Source: Chrysomallon squamiferum (taxonomy: Eukaryota > Animalia > Mollusca). From it: 64,000 nucleotides of DNA. The notes beneath the pieces are model-generated. The model was not told where the DNA came from, ran no database searches, and saw only the letters and a list, made by a program, of their open reading frames with translations. The stretch covers positions 6,572,001 through 6,636,000 of the forward strand of contig CM022676.1 in the NCBI GenBank assembly GCA_012295275.1. Direction: 5' to 3'. Shown piece by piece: positions 13,247-24,900 of the stretch. Position 1 is the first letter of the stretch. The number at the start of each line of letters is the position of its first letter. Both the position numbers and the translations under genes were made by a program.

Positions 13247-14101
13247 GAAGATGATGATAACGATGATTATAGTGAATAGAATATAACTTCATTGTTTATA
13301 TTTTCATCTCACCTAGATCAAGACCAGATAATCTGTCTTCCAGGTCAATTTCATCTTCTGAAAATAAAAATTAATTTTTACTTATTCTGTTATTACTTTC
13401 ATAACAAACATTTTTATGAATTTCTACTATAAATAATTACTGGTTAATAACCACTTTAACACTTTTTTAATCTTGTCACTTATAACATATTTTGAATATT
13501 TCGAACTCTTTATATGCAGGATGTAATCAGCATATTTTCAGAGCTTAGCTTTATGATGTGTTTTTACTTACCTATGTCAAAATCTTCTTCTTCTTCTTCT
13601 TCCTTCTGGCGTGACAACACCTCCATAACTTGTTTCTGTTCTTTTGGACTAAATGAAAAGAAATTCGAATTTTGTCCTTGTCAGTAAAATTAAATAATAT
13701 TTGAAATTCTATAGCATTTTTGTACATTTTTGACTAAATGAACATAAAATGTGTTTATTTTTGCTTATAATAATAAAAAAAAAAAAATATTTCCATACTT
13801 ATTTCATTTTTCTTATTTCTCTTTATTTTTTATTTTATTTTTTTCTGTCAATAATTGGAAATTTTAGTGAAATAAAATATTTCTACAGCTCTTTTTGGTC
13901 TTTTGGACTAAATGAAAAGAAATTATATATTTTTATATATTAGTAAATTTTAAAATAATATTGCTATTACTGTTTTCAGTCTTATTGATTAATAAAATAA
14001 AATAAATATCCTGATAACTTGTTTTCAATCAAATACAAGAAATAATAATAACATCTTTCACAAAGTTTTGGTTTACTAGTAATTTAATATTAAAATAAAA
14101 T

Positions 14102-14197
<96 letters not shown>

Positions 14198-14942
14198 GTT
14201 ATTAGTATTACTAAGTATATTTCAGTTATAGTAAAGGTATCTGGTTATTAAGAAATAATATTTAGCTGAATAACAGAATATGTAATTACATGTTTATATC
14301 AACTATCTGAGAAAACAAACAATAATAAAATTAAAATAAATAAATAAATAAATAAATAAATAAATATATAAAAAATAAAAGAATTGGTGAAATAAACAGT
14401 CATATGTGGTAATTTAGAAATAATATTTAATGAAGGAAAGTATGTATTAATATTAATAATTAACAGGGCTCTTGCACACACACAAACACATAATAATAAT
14501 AATAAATATAACAATAATAATGATGATGATGATGATGATGATGTATTAGGTATTAACTAATTAAGTATAATTTAAACGGGAATAAAATCACACCTTGCAC
14601 TTGTATCTGCCAAATTTTCAACAACACAGTCATGGTAGAAGGCTTCAGAACATCCTCCATGTTTTTCACTTTTGTAACAGGCTAAAGAACAGTAATTAAC
14701 ATTACACCGTGGGCATGTGTACCGAGATGGCTCTTTCAGGCAACTATAAAAATAAATTAAATAGTAGATTATTAATCTATACAATTTACAGATTTGTCAA
14801 AATAGTAGATTTAATGGGGTTTTTTGAAATAATAATTATTGAAACGTATGTGTGTATGTATGTATGAGATATATATATATATATATATATTTTCAGTAAA
14901 ACAGATTAAAAAATATATTAGCTATCAAATCACTCTAATTTA

Positions 14943-15003
<61 letters not shown>

Positions 15004-15240
15004 CAAACAAAAAAACAACATTCAATGATTCATCAACCATATGATATATATTTTTATAATAAAATTAAACAGTCTAAAGGAAAATTTATCCGACAACAAT
15101 ATATACGTATTAAAGACAGTTAGAAAGGTCAGTTAATTTTAATCTTACAGATTACATATTGATTTAAGTTTTAATGAACTGTCATTTGAACCATTATCAT
15201 CAAGATCCAAACATTTTAATCCTTTCATGGAGCTCGCCAT
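8534..15240 (-). CDS. ZNHIT2: Zinc finger HIT domain-containing protein 2, complete multi-exon gene
   Basis: Exons on minus: 15149-15240, 14594-14743, 13572-13648, 13313-13357, 12305-12429, 11680-11778, 11097-11212, 10337-10429, 9710-9875, 9174-9329, 8534-8646 (start exon plus 10). Phases are consistent except one 1-nt frameshift. zf-HIT CNLC...YTCPRCNVNYCSLACYKSEKHGGCSEAFY, then L..RLSGLDL, IWNRLTEKERKEF, WTPWW, FNMVNVLYSYA, KKCRFLLSW, C-terminal KWGG...LIEEI*. Confidence 0.94.
9174..9329 (-). CDS. ZNHIT2: ZNHIT2 exon
   Basis: EIKPASSK...IFHADKKCRFLLSWCQTY...ITLEM. Confidence 0.9.
9710..9875 (-). CDS. ZNHIT2: ZNHIT2 exon
   Basis: NSTLWTVTSEFTLNIIEDVIKIISGP...FMLSALSDIIRLL. Confidence 0.9.
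10126..10326. mobile_element. Fold-back/MITE-like element with ~36 bp imperfect terminal inverted repeats
   Basis: 10126-10161 TGTGACCCATCACATCAAAACAGTTCTTAAGTCACA versus the reverse complement of 10291-10326, TGTGACCCAACACACCAAAACAAGTTATAAGTCACA. Confidence 0.6.
10337..10429 (-). CDS. ZNHIT2: ZNHIT2 exon
   Basis: DLLTLCTVLDKPVVCTSVGEAFQTCFNIIHS. Confidence 0.88.
11097..11212 (-). CDS. ZNHIT2: ZNHIT2 exon (apparent 1-nt deletion near 11185)
   Basis: KTPPSSDIR / FNMVNVLYSYAFVCRLHNGGHFDSPVDAVQ; 116 nt between phase-0 junctions. Confidence 0.85.
11680..11778 (-). CDS. ZNHIT2: ZNHIT2 exon
   Basis: NTEKVIEVEQEKTLLPGQPPIIENIPDITKLLA. Confidence 0.88.
12305..12429 (-). CDS. ZNHIT2: ZNHIT2 exon
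   Basis: DSDSAEIWNRLTEKERKEFNQMLEDGRLANLVTVWTPWWNNQ. Confidence 0.94.
13313..13357 (-). CDS. ZNHIT2: ZNHIT2 small exon
   Basis: EDEIDLEDRLSGLDL. Confidence 0.9.
   Translation of the reverse strand, partial: KMKLTWKTDYLVLI
13572..13648 (-). CDS. ZNHIT2: ZNHIT2 exon
   Basis: SPKEQKQVMEVLSRQKEEEEEEDFDI; phase 2 to 1. Confidence 0.88.
14105..14195. repeat. (GA)n microsatellite (one of many CA/GA/AAT tracts)
   Basis: Perfect dinucleotide run. Similar tracts at ~180-245, 1992-2040, 12661-12709, 34800-35060, 38132-38400, 45124-45197. Confidence 0.95.
14594..14743 (-). CDS. ZNHIT2: ZNHIT2 zf-HIT exon
   Basis: CLKEPSRYTCPRCNVNYCSLACYKSEKHGGCSEAFYHDCVVENL. Confidence 0.96.
15149..15240 (-). CDS. 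ZNHIT2: ZNHIT2 first coding exon
   Basis: ATG GCG AGC; MASSMKGLKCLDLDDNGSNDSSLKLKSICN(L); supplies the first Cys of zf-HIT; GTAAG donor, phase 2. Confidence 0.85.
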
Positions 15241-15590
15241 TGTTGATCTGTAGTTGTGTTTTCCTCCTTTGTTACCAACTAACAGCATGCTTTGTTTTTA
15301 TTTTGTTTATATTTAAGATGTCAAATTTGGAAATATTTTTATTATGCAAATACGTTTTATATATAAAAGCATTTCATTTAAGAAATACTCTATATTAAAT
15401 TTAAAATGTATAACTATTTTGATGTATTTATTCCGGCCCTGTAACCGGAAATTACGACCAAGCCTTGACCTCGTTGCTACGAAACAAGTTGTATACTGCT
15501 CTGTCAAAGGTTGAAAACTAAACGTGGTTCCAGGACATATTTGATACAATTTTGTGGTTATTTTCTGTTCGTCTTTAGAATCGAAAAACT
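15241..15590. promoter_or_regulatory. Bidirectional promoter ZNHIT2 / Sp17-like
   Basis: 350 bp between divergent ATGs. Local CpG enrichment, inverted ETS cores TTCCGG (15431) and CCGGAA (15445), RFX X-box-like GTTGCTACGAAAC at 15473-15485. Confidence 0.75.
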
Positions 15591-15744
15591 ATGTCTGTTC
15601 CGTTTTCCAACACAAAACTGAGGGTACCACATGGCTTTCAGAATATTTTGGAAGGTTTAGCTAGAGAAATTTTGCGTTCACAGCCAAAAGACATTTACGA
15701 ATTTGGCGCACAGTACTTCGAAAAATTGCTGCAAATCAGAAACG
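15591..15744 (+). CDS. SPA17: Sperm surface protein Sp17-like, first coding exon (RIIa dimerization/docking domain); 3'-partial
   Basis: MSVPFSNTKLRVPHGFQNILEGLAREILRSQPKDIYEFGAQYFEKLLQIRN closely matches the Sp17 N-terminus (MSIPFSNT..RIP.GF.N.LEGL.REILR.QP). Donor G|GTAAGT at 15745. A possible acceptor at 15577-15578 would imply an upstream non-coding exon. Confidence 0.93.
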
Positions 15745-18700
15745 GTAAGTGTATATTTATCATATAATAATTTTCATTAAATTATATTTGTTATTTTACT
15801 TACTAATTATTATAAAACTGTTTTGACTTTTTCTATAGTTCTGTTCAACAAAAATTCGACATCGAAAGACAGGAATTTTGCCGGAATTTTTGTTTATCAC
15901 TTGATTCCGTGTATTTAAAGTTTAATTCTATGAAGAATTTTGAGTTACATAGTTAAGGTTATCGCAAAAATATCTATTTCTCATTCTGTGTTTGTCAAAT
16001 GACCTAACTGTGTAGTTCTTGGCTATTTGGTAATGTATGATCTTTCACCTACATTCGGTTGAAAGTTAAAAAGTTGTAAACAGAATGATGTATGATGTGT
16101 TAATATGTCAGTAAAATAGTAGAATAATTCAGGATATATAGCATAAATCACTGCACTAGCAAATATAATGGTGTATCTTTTAATCATACCTATGTCTTTG
16201 TTAGTTACATGTTGAATCAAAATTAATGTATGGTTGTCATATTGACATGGGTTATCTTTATAAATAAGAAATACTGATGACCATCTGATGATATGAATAT
16301 GTGAGTGGGTGAAACAGATATGTGTTTTCATCAAACTGGTTTTTATTGGAAATATAATAAAAGTGTCAGTGCTTTTGTTTCTATGGCAAAATTGCAATGT
16401 GTTTGCTAAAACTGATTTGAAAATATTTTACGAAAATGATGGATACAAAAATCTGAATGATCACAATATATTCAAATGAAATCAGTGAAATTTATCAGTT
16501 ATATTATATGTTAAATTTATGATGTGAACATTTAAATTTTCTTTTTAAGTGAATTTACCCATATTATAATGTACAAAAGCTAAATATAAAGCTGAAATGA
16601 AAGGGATTTAATTCTCTCAGCATACTTTTGTTCCTTTTTTTTTAATTTTGTGGTATAATTTGTATAATTCACTAAAGTGATTTTATTGTCATCTTATTGT
16701 GGAAAAAATAAAATGACAAAAATGATCTATTGTTGCTCAGGAAAAGCTGGAAAATTTATGAAAAAGGCATAATAATTTTCAAAATGAAATGAGTTTCATT
16801 ACAAAGATAATAATATCTTGCTGCAAATAATAACAAAAAGCTGTATGGCACAAGAAATGATCTACAGAGAACAGTATTGTTCATAGTCACTGCTTGTCTT
16901 GACATATTATCAACAAACAAACAAAAACAAGAAGAAAAATAATAATAATAATAATAATATGGAGTGTTTATTGTTAATTCCGTGGATACATGTTTATTAT
17001 TTTTTCTAAGTCACAGTAATATGATATTGTATTGAAATTTCTAGGATTGTGCAGGAATTAAGGATCACCAGCTATTACAAATCACTTCAGTTAGCTTTTA
17101 TTGTTTGCTCAGTTAAAATGTTTGTATTTGAATATTACTGGTTTGAAAAATTAATTGACTTTCTCATGTAATCCAGCTTTATAATGTTAATTAACGTGAA
17201 ACTGGATTATACTTCTTTATGTTGTAATCCATGTACATTTTGTTAATTTTGTTAATCTTTTTTCAGCACTGTTTGAGTTATGTTTTTCTTTCCATCTAAC
17301 TTCTTATACAAAGTTCAGCAAGTTTGTGTTTGTCTTTTTTTGTGTGTATGGGAAAGTACTTGGTTTTTTTGTGTTTGAGAAATTGCTTGACATTCTTTGT
17401 GTTTGGAAAAGTACTTGATGTTTTCTTGTGTTTGGGAAATTGCTTGTGAAGAGTCCTAGCTACTGATCAACAAAAACAATTCAAAGAGTAATCTTTTGTT
17501 GAATTATAGTTATGGACATATTTTTGTTTTTTGTTTTTGTTTTATTATAAGTTACCAAGCACACAGATAACTTACTTGTCATTTAAAGGAAATAATCCAA
17601 ATTTCTTTAATTATAAGTAGACAAGCAATATCATTGTAGAGAAGTCTTATGTGAAATTATAAAACATAAATTCATTTTTTTAATTTTATATTTGATAGGT
17701 CACAGCTCTGTTTTGAAATTATAAAATATTAGTTAAATATACATTATATAGTTTGTTACAGATTTATTGAAAAATATCTGGGCAGTTTTGTTCTTTAAAG
17801 TCTTTTTTTTCTTTCTGTTTTTGTATATCTCTGTATGTCAGTTTCTGATTTTGCCATTGTCCATAGAAGTTAATAGAAATCTTGTTATAATTATATACAA
17901 AGTCATAAGAAGTTATGTAGCATATATTTGCTACATCAGAGGATATTAAAAGTGGAAATTATTCTGAAACAAGGTTGGTAAAACAAACTCATAAAATGTT
18001 TCACAATGTGATTCAGCTTTGACATTTGAATGGTACAGACATTTTTTTAAGAATGAAAGAGTAATTTTTGAAGATCATGTATTAAACTTTTTCATATATT
18101 AAAATGTTTAGAATTTCAGATAATTCCAAATACTTTTCATAAAATTATATTTAACAACTTCATGAAGTCTTTTTTTCTTATTATTTTTTAATTGTCATGT
18201 AATGAAAAAGGAATTAACAATTTAAAAATAGATCTTTTGCAAAAATAATTCAAGCTGAAAATTCTTTATCTGAAAATATTTTTTTTTAAATTCATAATGC
18301 AAGTACATGCATATCTTTCAAATAGTATTGAATATTCATGTCACAATTTATTCTGCAGACTTTTTATTGTCTTTTTCTGTGGATATAGGATAAGGTAATG
18401 TAAAATTTGTGAAGTCCTTAATTATTAAGGACAGATAACTCTTGCAGCCTAAATCAAACCTTCATTTGAAATCATTTGTAAACTTGCTCAGTCTTTGTTT
18501 TATTTTGTAAATGATACATACTGACCAAGTCTCTGAAAATATTTCTTGGATATCCTGTTATAATTAACATGACTTTGGCATGAAAACAAAAGATATATGT
18601 TAACTGCCTGTAATCTTGACATCTCTTTTTCATACATCTGTTTTATTATGCAACAGAAGAATAATCTGTTTTAATAACTGGATTAAACTGTAATGAAAAG

Positions 18701-18855
18701 ATATTTTTATTTCATTATAATCAGTTCCTTAGATTAAAAATTAATCATAAAAAGAAATCTATAAAAAGATTTCCTTTTCTTAAAATACATTAATTAGGAG
18801 TTTACAGTTTTATGTTCCAGGAATAGAAACAGTACATCTGTTGATGTAAATAAAT

Positions 18856-18928
18856 GGTTTATTGGTAAAATGGCTAAGAGGATGTGCTTAATAACTCTAG
18901 GTCCTGGGTTCAAATCTAGGTTTTGGCT
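18856..18928 (+). mobile_element. Degenerate tRNA-derived SINE head
   Basis: A-box-like GGTAAAATGG and B-box GGGTTCAAATCT; no intact cloverleaf. Confidence 0.5.
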
Positions 18929-19598
18929 TTTATTTAGAGTGAAATGGTGAATTTGGAATTAGAGACAGAAGTAATGAAGCTTTTTTATTTTCATTTGGAA
19001 AACTGCACAGAATTATTATTTACTTATATAATTTTATTTTATATATATATTTTATTATCTTTTGACATTTTTTATTTCATTATTATCAATATTATCATTA
19101 TCATTAATATTGTTGTTGTTGTTGTTATTGTTGTTATTATTATTTTATTTTATTTGTTATAAATATGTAAAAAGAATGTTATTAAATCTTTTAAAAATAT
19201 TTATTTGATTATTTTTTATTTATTAATCCTTTTATTTATTTATTTTATTTTATTTTATTTTATTTTATTTTATTTTTAAATATTAAGAGTTGATTTTTTA
19301 TTACATTCACTTTCTGCTTCTACATTATATTTTGAAAATTTAATACACCAAATGGAGTCATTATGATATATTGTACCATTAACACAGCCTCTCATACATT
19401 TTTCATATTATACTGATATGTAGTGGTTACAATGGTCTGTTCTGTTGTTAACATAATGTATTCACATGTTCAGTTAGTTGTAATGGTTTTCAGAGATCAG
19501 CAGATGTGACAGTATTATTTTGCTGGTTCTGATGTTTTATTAACTTTGTGTAAATTTTTTCTTTTTAAATCTTAATTTGTTTTTGTTTTATTCATTTG

Positions 19599-19644
<46 letters not shown>

Positions 19645-19869
19645 TTTGTTTTCTTTTGTTCTGTTTTGCTTATTTTCTTTAGTTATTTCATTATTTTTTT
19701 TTTTTTTTTTCTTTGTTTATTTTGTTTTAATGTACATGCATACTATGAGTACAGGCACAAATACACATGTGCATTCATACACCCACTCACATATATATAT
19801 ATATATATATACATACATACACACTCAAAATATATACATACACATATCCATTATATAGATACATACATA

Positions 19870-20147
19870 CAGGGCTGGATTTCCTATATAGGCTTTCTAG
19901 GCTAGTGCCTAGGGTGGCAGGATGATAAGGCAGTTTATGTTACATAAATTCATATATTTCACATTTCATTTATAAATAAATCACTATGTAAATGTAAAAC
20001 CATGTTTTTGCTTTCAACTAGATCACAAGTTACAACCATTCATGTTATATAAACTAAGTGGGAAGGGTGAGGGGGACTTGAGCCTTGAGGAGGGGGCGAT
20101 AAAGTTTCTCTAGCCTATGGGTGGCAAGCACATTAAATCCAACCCTG
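19870..20147. mobile_element. Non-autonomous hAT-like DNA transposon (MITE), 278 bp
   Basis: TIRs CAGGGCTGGATTT / AAATCCAACCCTG, 8-bp flanking duplication CATACATA, subterminal repeats (GCCTAGGGTGGCA / GCCTATGGGTGGCA). Confidence 0.8.
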
Positions 20148-21309
20148 CATACATACATACATACAAACATACACATACACAAACACACACACACACACAC
20201 ACATATATGTACATGAAATACATAGATAAACATAGTAAATGAAATAATTATAGAAATCTACACATGAATGAAACAGATGCAAATGTACACATACAAAACA
20301 TACAGGAAATACACATACACACAAGCACTCACAGACAGACTCTGACAACTGAAATGATATTTTTAGAAAACAGATTGTCTAGTAATATCAGTAATGACAG
20401 AGGATGTAATATTAATGGAAAATGATTATCTAAATGTCACGACTTTTTACAATCATGTGAACACAGATACATTCACACACTCCACGATAATAGATTACTG
20501 CAAGTTATTTATATTTCTGCTACGAAGCAAAACCAGACTTCCAGGAAAATATATATCCAGATTTATATGCATGTGTATGTAACCTTTTCTTCATAATCTT
20601 GTTAATAATTATTACATTGGTTGCATGCTTATGTAAGGTTATGTAGATATTTACTAACATAAAGACATATATACACAGAAACATACACATTATACACATA
20701 CATACATACACACATGTATACACATTATGCACATACATATACAAACACAGTATACATATATTCCTGTATACACACATATACATACTTCTGATCACACTAA
20801 CGTGCTCTCACTCTGTCACACACATACACACACAAATCTTTGATAGAATGAAGCCATATTTATAACCTGTAGTTTCTTTTAAATTTAAAAAAAAAAAGTA
20901 TTTAAAAATCAAATCAATAAATTTTTCATTACATTACATTCAGCTAAAGATGAAAACAAGAGCTTTGGCTTTAGATGTTTTGTTTCCAGTTTAATTTACC
21001 AGCTCATGCGATGTATTTTTAAGAGTTCTCGAACATGCTGAATTATGCAAGTGCAACCAGAAACACAGAACTAAGCCAGTAAAATGCGAGACCCAGGTAT
21101 TCATGAAAATAGCATTAAAACAGAAATAATAATAATAAAAAAAGAAACCCTAAAACCCCCCAAAAAAACCTTTTAAAAAAAACAAGTAAAAAAATTCACT
21201 CATGAACATTTGTCTTTTATCCATTTTTTTCTGAAACACAACTCTTTGGAAAAACAACATCTATTTTGGACAGCTATTTTCAAAGTTTCAAATCTCCCAG
21301 ATAGTTTTG

Positions 21310-21322
21310 GTCGCTAGGCAAC
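21310..21322. promoter_or_regulatory. RFX X-box
   Basis: GTCGCTAGGCAAC. Confidence 0.5.
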
Positions 21323-21557
21323 GACATAGCAGAAGAAATATCTGCATATGATCTGTAGATGGTTTTAGCAGACGGCTGACAGACAAGATGTAAAGTGTGC
21401 TGCAAGTTTCTTACCCAGACTCTAGTGTTGATTACATGGACCTGATGTGAATTCCAGCATTTAGTTTTTTCACTCTGTAACGTCTTCAGAACCTTCTGTG
21501 ATCTGCAGCACTCTGTCCCATCTTTCAATTACTTTATACGTATAAATAACTTCTTTA

Positions 21558-21748
21558 TACTTCTTTTTGAAGAATTTGTGTGTACAAATATCTTCTACTT
21601 CTTTTTAAAGAATTTGTGTGTACGAATATCTTTTACTTCTTTTTAAAGAATTTGTGTGTTTGAATATCTTTTACTTCTTTTTAAAGAATTTGTGTGTTTG
21701 AATATCTTGTACTTCTTTTTAAAGATATTGTGGGTATGAATATCTTTT
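21558..21748. repeat. 38-bp minisatellite, ~5 copies
   Basis: TACTTCTTTTTAAAGAATTTGTGTGTACGAATATCTTT units at 21558, 21596 and onward. Confidence 0.9.
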
Positions 21749-21942
21749 GAAGACTGTATTGAAATATCTACTGTATGCTACTTATATTGACTTTATACCT
21801 CTCTCAAATAACTTTATAATTGATGTGTATATTTGTAAATGTCTTATAATTCTCTTAAAAACTTTGAATAACTAATTTATACTTCCTTTCAATGATTTGT
21901 TTATAATACAGTCCATTTAATGACTTTCTTATAGCTGTTTGT

Positions 21943-21983
<41 letters not shown>

Positions 21984-22740
21984 CTAACTATCTAATAAAT
22001 AAATAAAACTTGTTTAAATATATATCATTTTCTTTAGCGAGAGAAATGGATAAAAATACAAAACTAATTCAGATATATGGCAGTAAAAATAAAATAAAAT
22101 AAAGTGAAATAATATAAAATAAAATAATTTATAAATTAAATTAAATTAAATTAAATTAAATTAATTTGATAAATTATTAAATTAAATAAAATAAAATAAT
22201 TTATAAAGAAATAAATAAAACTTGAATTTAAAAATATCTTAACCGAGGTCATATATATATATATATATAAATTTTACTCAGAACTTTTATAAACGAAATC
22301 AAGATGACTAACAGTGCTGTTTCTGTGATGAAAACATGAACAGCAGGCAGCAACTTCTTGACTCAAAATTGTTTTTTCAGGATGCTATACTTACCCTGGG
22401 GGTAGGCTGGCTATTCTTAAAAGTTTATTTTTTGAAGAAATGTGTATTCTTTATTGTTTACGTTACATGGCTGTCTGTAGAATCTTTTGGTAATGAATCT
22501 GTAGGCTTTAGTGAATACTGTTTTATTGTTTCACTGAATGTGAAAGATGTGGATAAATGTATATATATATAGCAGTTGCATGAAGCATGATGGATTGCAG
22601 GATCAAACCCAGCCATTGGTGTTTGGAACTAAAAAATTATATAAAAAAAAATAATGAATGTCTTTAGTAGTTCAGTTTTCAGCAAATTAATTTTTTTCTT
22701 TCTTTCTTTCTTTTTTTTTTTTTTTTTTTTTCTTTCCCTT

Positions 22741-22782
<42 letters not shown>

Positions 22783-23449
22783 TCTTCTTTCTTACTTTAT
22801 TTTTTTATATTTATATACAGCAACACTACAAATTAAAATCTTTGCTTGAAAGAACTTATAAATTATCTTGTTTCTTTTTTTGTATTTTCAAAGACAAAAA
22901 AATGTTTTTCTTGGAAGATTAAGTTTCATTATTCTTGGATCTTCTGGTGTAAGACATTTTTGAATCCCTTCCCCAAACTTGACTGTATTTCAAGATTAAA
23001 AGCTAAAATACACAGTAAAACTGGTGATTAATGCTTTCTTTTATTTATTTTTTCGGACATATTTAGATTAAAACTTCACTAAAACACTTTATCTTTTTCA
23101 TGCATATATGAGATTCAGCTATTCAGACATAATTTAGGTATTATACCAGTGTGTGAATATGCAGAATAAACATGCATTATTTATTTTTAAGAAGTTGTTT
23201 GATTTCCGTCACATCTGCGTTATAATGTAGTGCAAACATACACACCAAATAAATTCTGCAGACTTTTTAAGTGATGGTTTTATTTTGTTTATGCTTAAAT
23301 TTATTTTTTACTATGTGAACATAAGCCTAAATAAATTTTCTAAACTGTTTAAGGATGTATCTATATGTTTTTTTTTTGTCAATACTATTTCTTATTCTGT
23401 GAACATTATTTATACACTGCAGTGATGACTACTGTTTTTATTTTGAAAA

Positions 23450-23670
23450 TTGTTATGTTTTATTATATTTATTTAGGAAAATCATAAACATATTTAGAAT
23501 ACTTTGTTATATTTATTTAGAAATAGATATAAACATAATTGCTATACTTTGTTATGTTTATTTAGGAATAGACCTAAATACATTTACAGTACTTTGTTAT
23601 ATTTACTTAGGAAGAGGCCTAAACACAGCTTCTGTGTTTTCAAATGTATGTTATATTTATTTAGCATGAT
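23450..23670. repeat. ~45-bp degenerate tandem repeat
   Basis: ACTTTGTTATATTTATTTAGGAA... at 23501, 23546, 23591. Confidence 0.8.
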
Positions 23671-24649
23671 TACTATAAACTTAGAACATTTACAAGCAGT
23701 TGTTTGTTTATTCATAATACAGCCTTCTTTGAGTTTTTATAATAAGAAAAAGATTAGTTTGTTCCTTGACCTCAACCTTTGCTAATAATAAAGAAGACAT
23801 TAACGTTAAAAGTGCATAAGACACTGAGAAGCTGCATTTTTTTTTCTTCTTGTAAACTCATAAATTTACATCACACCGTGAATGTGGAAAATTCAAATTA
23901 TCAGTTGGTCTTGTACATGAACCATCAGTTTCCATCACAATATATAAATTAATAATAATAATTTTAAAAAAAGAAGAAAAAAGTAATGATAATAAATGAT
24001 AATAAATGAAAAATAGAATAGAATAGAATAGGATAGGATAGGATAGGATAGGATAGGATAGGATAGGATAGGATAAAATAAAATAAACAAATATACATAG
24101 GATTATCAAGCAAATCCTTATACACCAACTGATTCAGCAGGTTTTACCGGGTGATTTACGATGAACAAATGATGAAAATAATTTGAGTGAATCATTTGCA
24201 GTATCTAATTAACAGACTGAAGGTTCCTGATTGTGTGTGTGTATCCTGTGAGTCCTGCAATCTTTACCCAGTCCAGATACCTTTCATCATTAAGTCTCTG
24301 TCTCTCTCTCTCTCATTTCTCTTTCATCCAAACACAAACACATCCTCTAAATCAAACTGATGGAAGACACATGAAGACGCCAACAGAAAGGGTTTTAAAA
24401 CTGTTACAGATGACATGAAACAATCCTGAAATCTCAAAGACACCAAGGATTTACTTCTGCATTCACCAGCATAGGCAACAGCACAAGAAATCCAGATAAA
24501 GACTCCTTCATCTTTGTATGGGTATTTTTGCAAAACGTACATTATAAAGTTTAAAAATAATGATAATTGAGTTGCTGTCGTTTCATCTGGTGTATTTGAA
24601 AATAACTGTCATTGCCGATTCGGCTGATTATAATAATTATACCTAATGA

Positions 24650-24900
24650 CCCAATCCGAGGCTGCGTTAATAAGTTAGTAAAAATTAACCAATCAGGTAC
24701 TAGCTAAGAGGTGACAGTTTTGTTAAACTAATCAGTCACGTACTAGCTAAGAGCTGACAGTTTTGTTAAACTAATCAGTCAAGTAACAGATAAGAGTGAC
24801 CACTTTTTTTAAACTAACCAATGAAAGACTATTTGACATTTTAATTTTGTAGACAAGCCAATCAAAATCTACCTGACTTTGACAGTTTTGTAACCAATCA
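24650..24900. promoter_or_regulatory. CCAAT-box/TGACAG tandem array (candidate internal NF-Y promoter)
   Basis: CCAAT at 24651, 24689, 24818, 24858, 24894 within ~40-bp degenerate repeats; TGACAG at ~24712, 24755, 24880. Confidence 0.45.

Noticed and set aside
18856-18928. Possible tRNA gene
   Set aside because: B-box present, but acceptor and anticodon stems do not pair; better explained as a SINE head
20991-21104. Minus-strand 37-aa ORF MNTWVSHFTGLVLCFWLHL... resembling a signal peptide
   Set aside because: Short, no recognisable homology, no downstream exon identified
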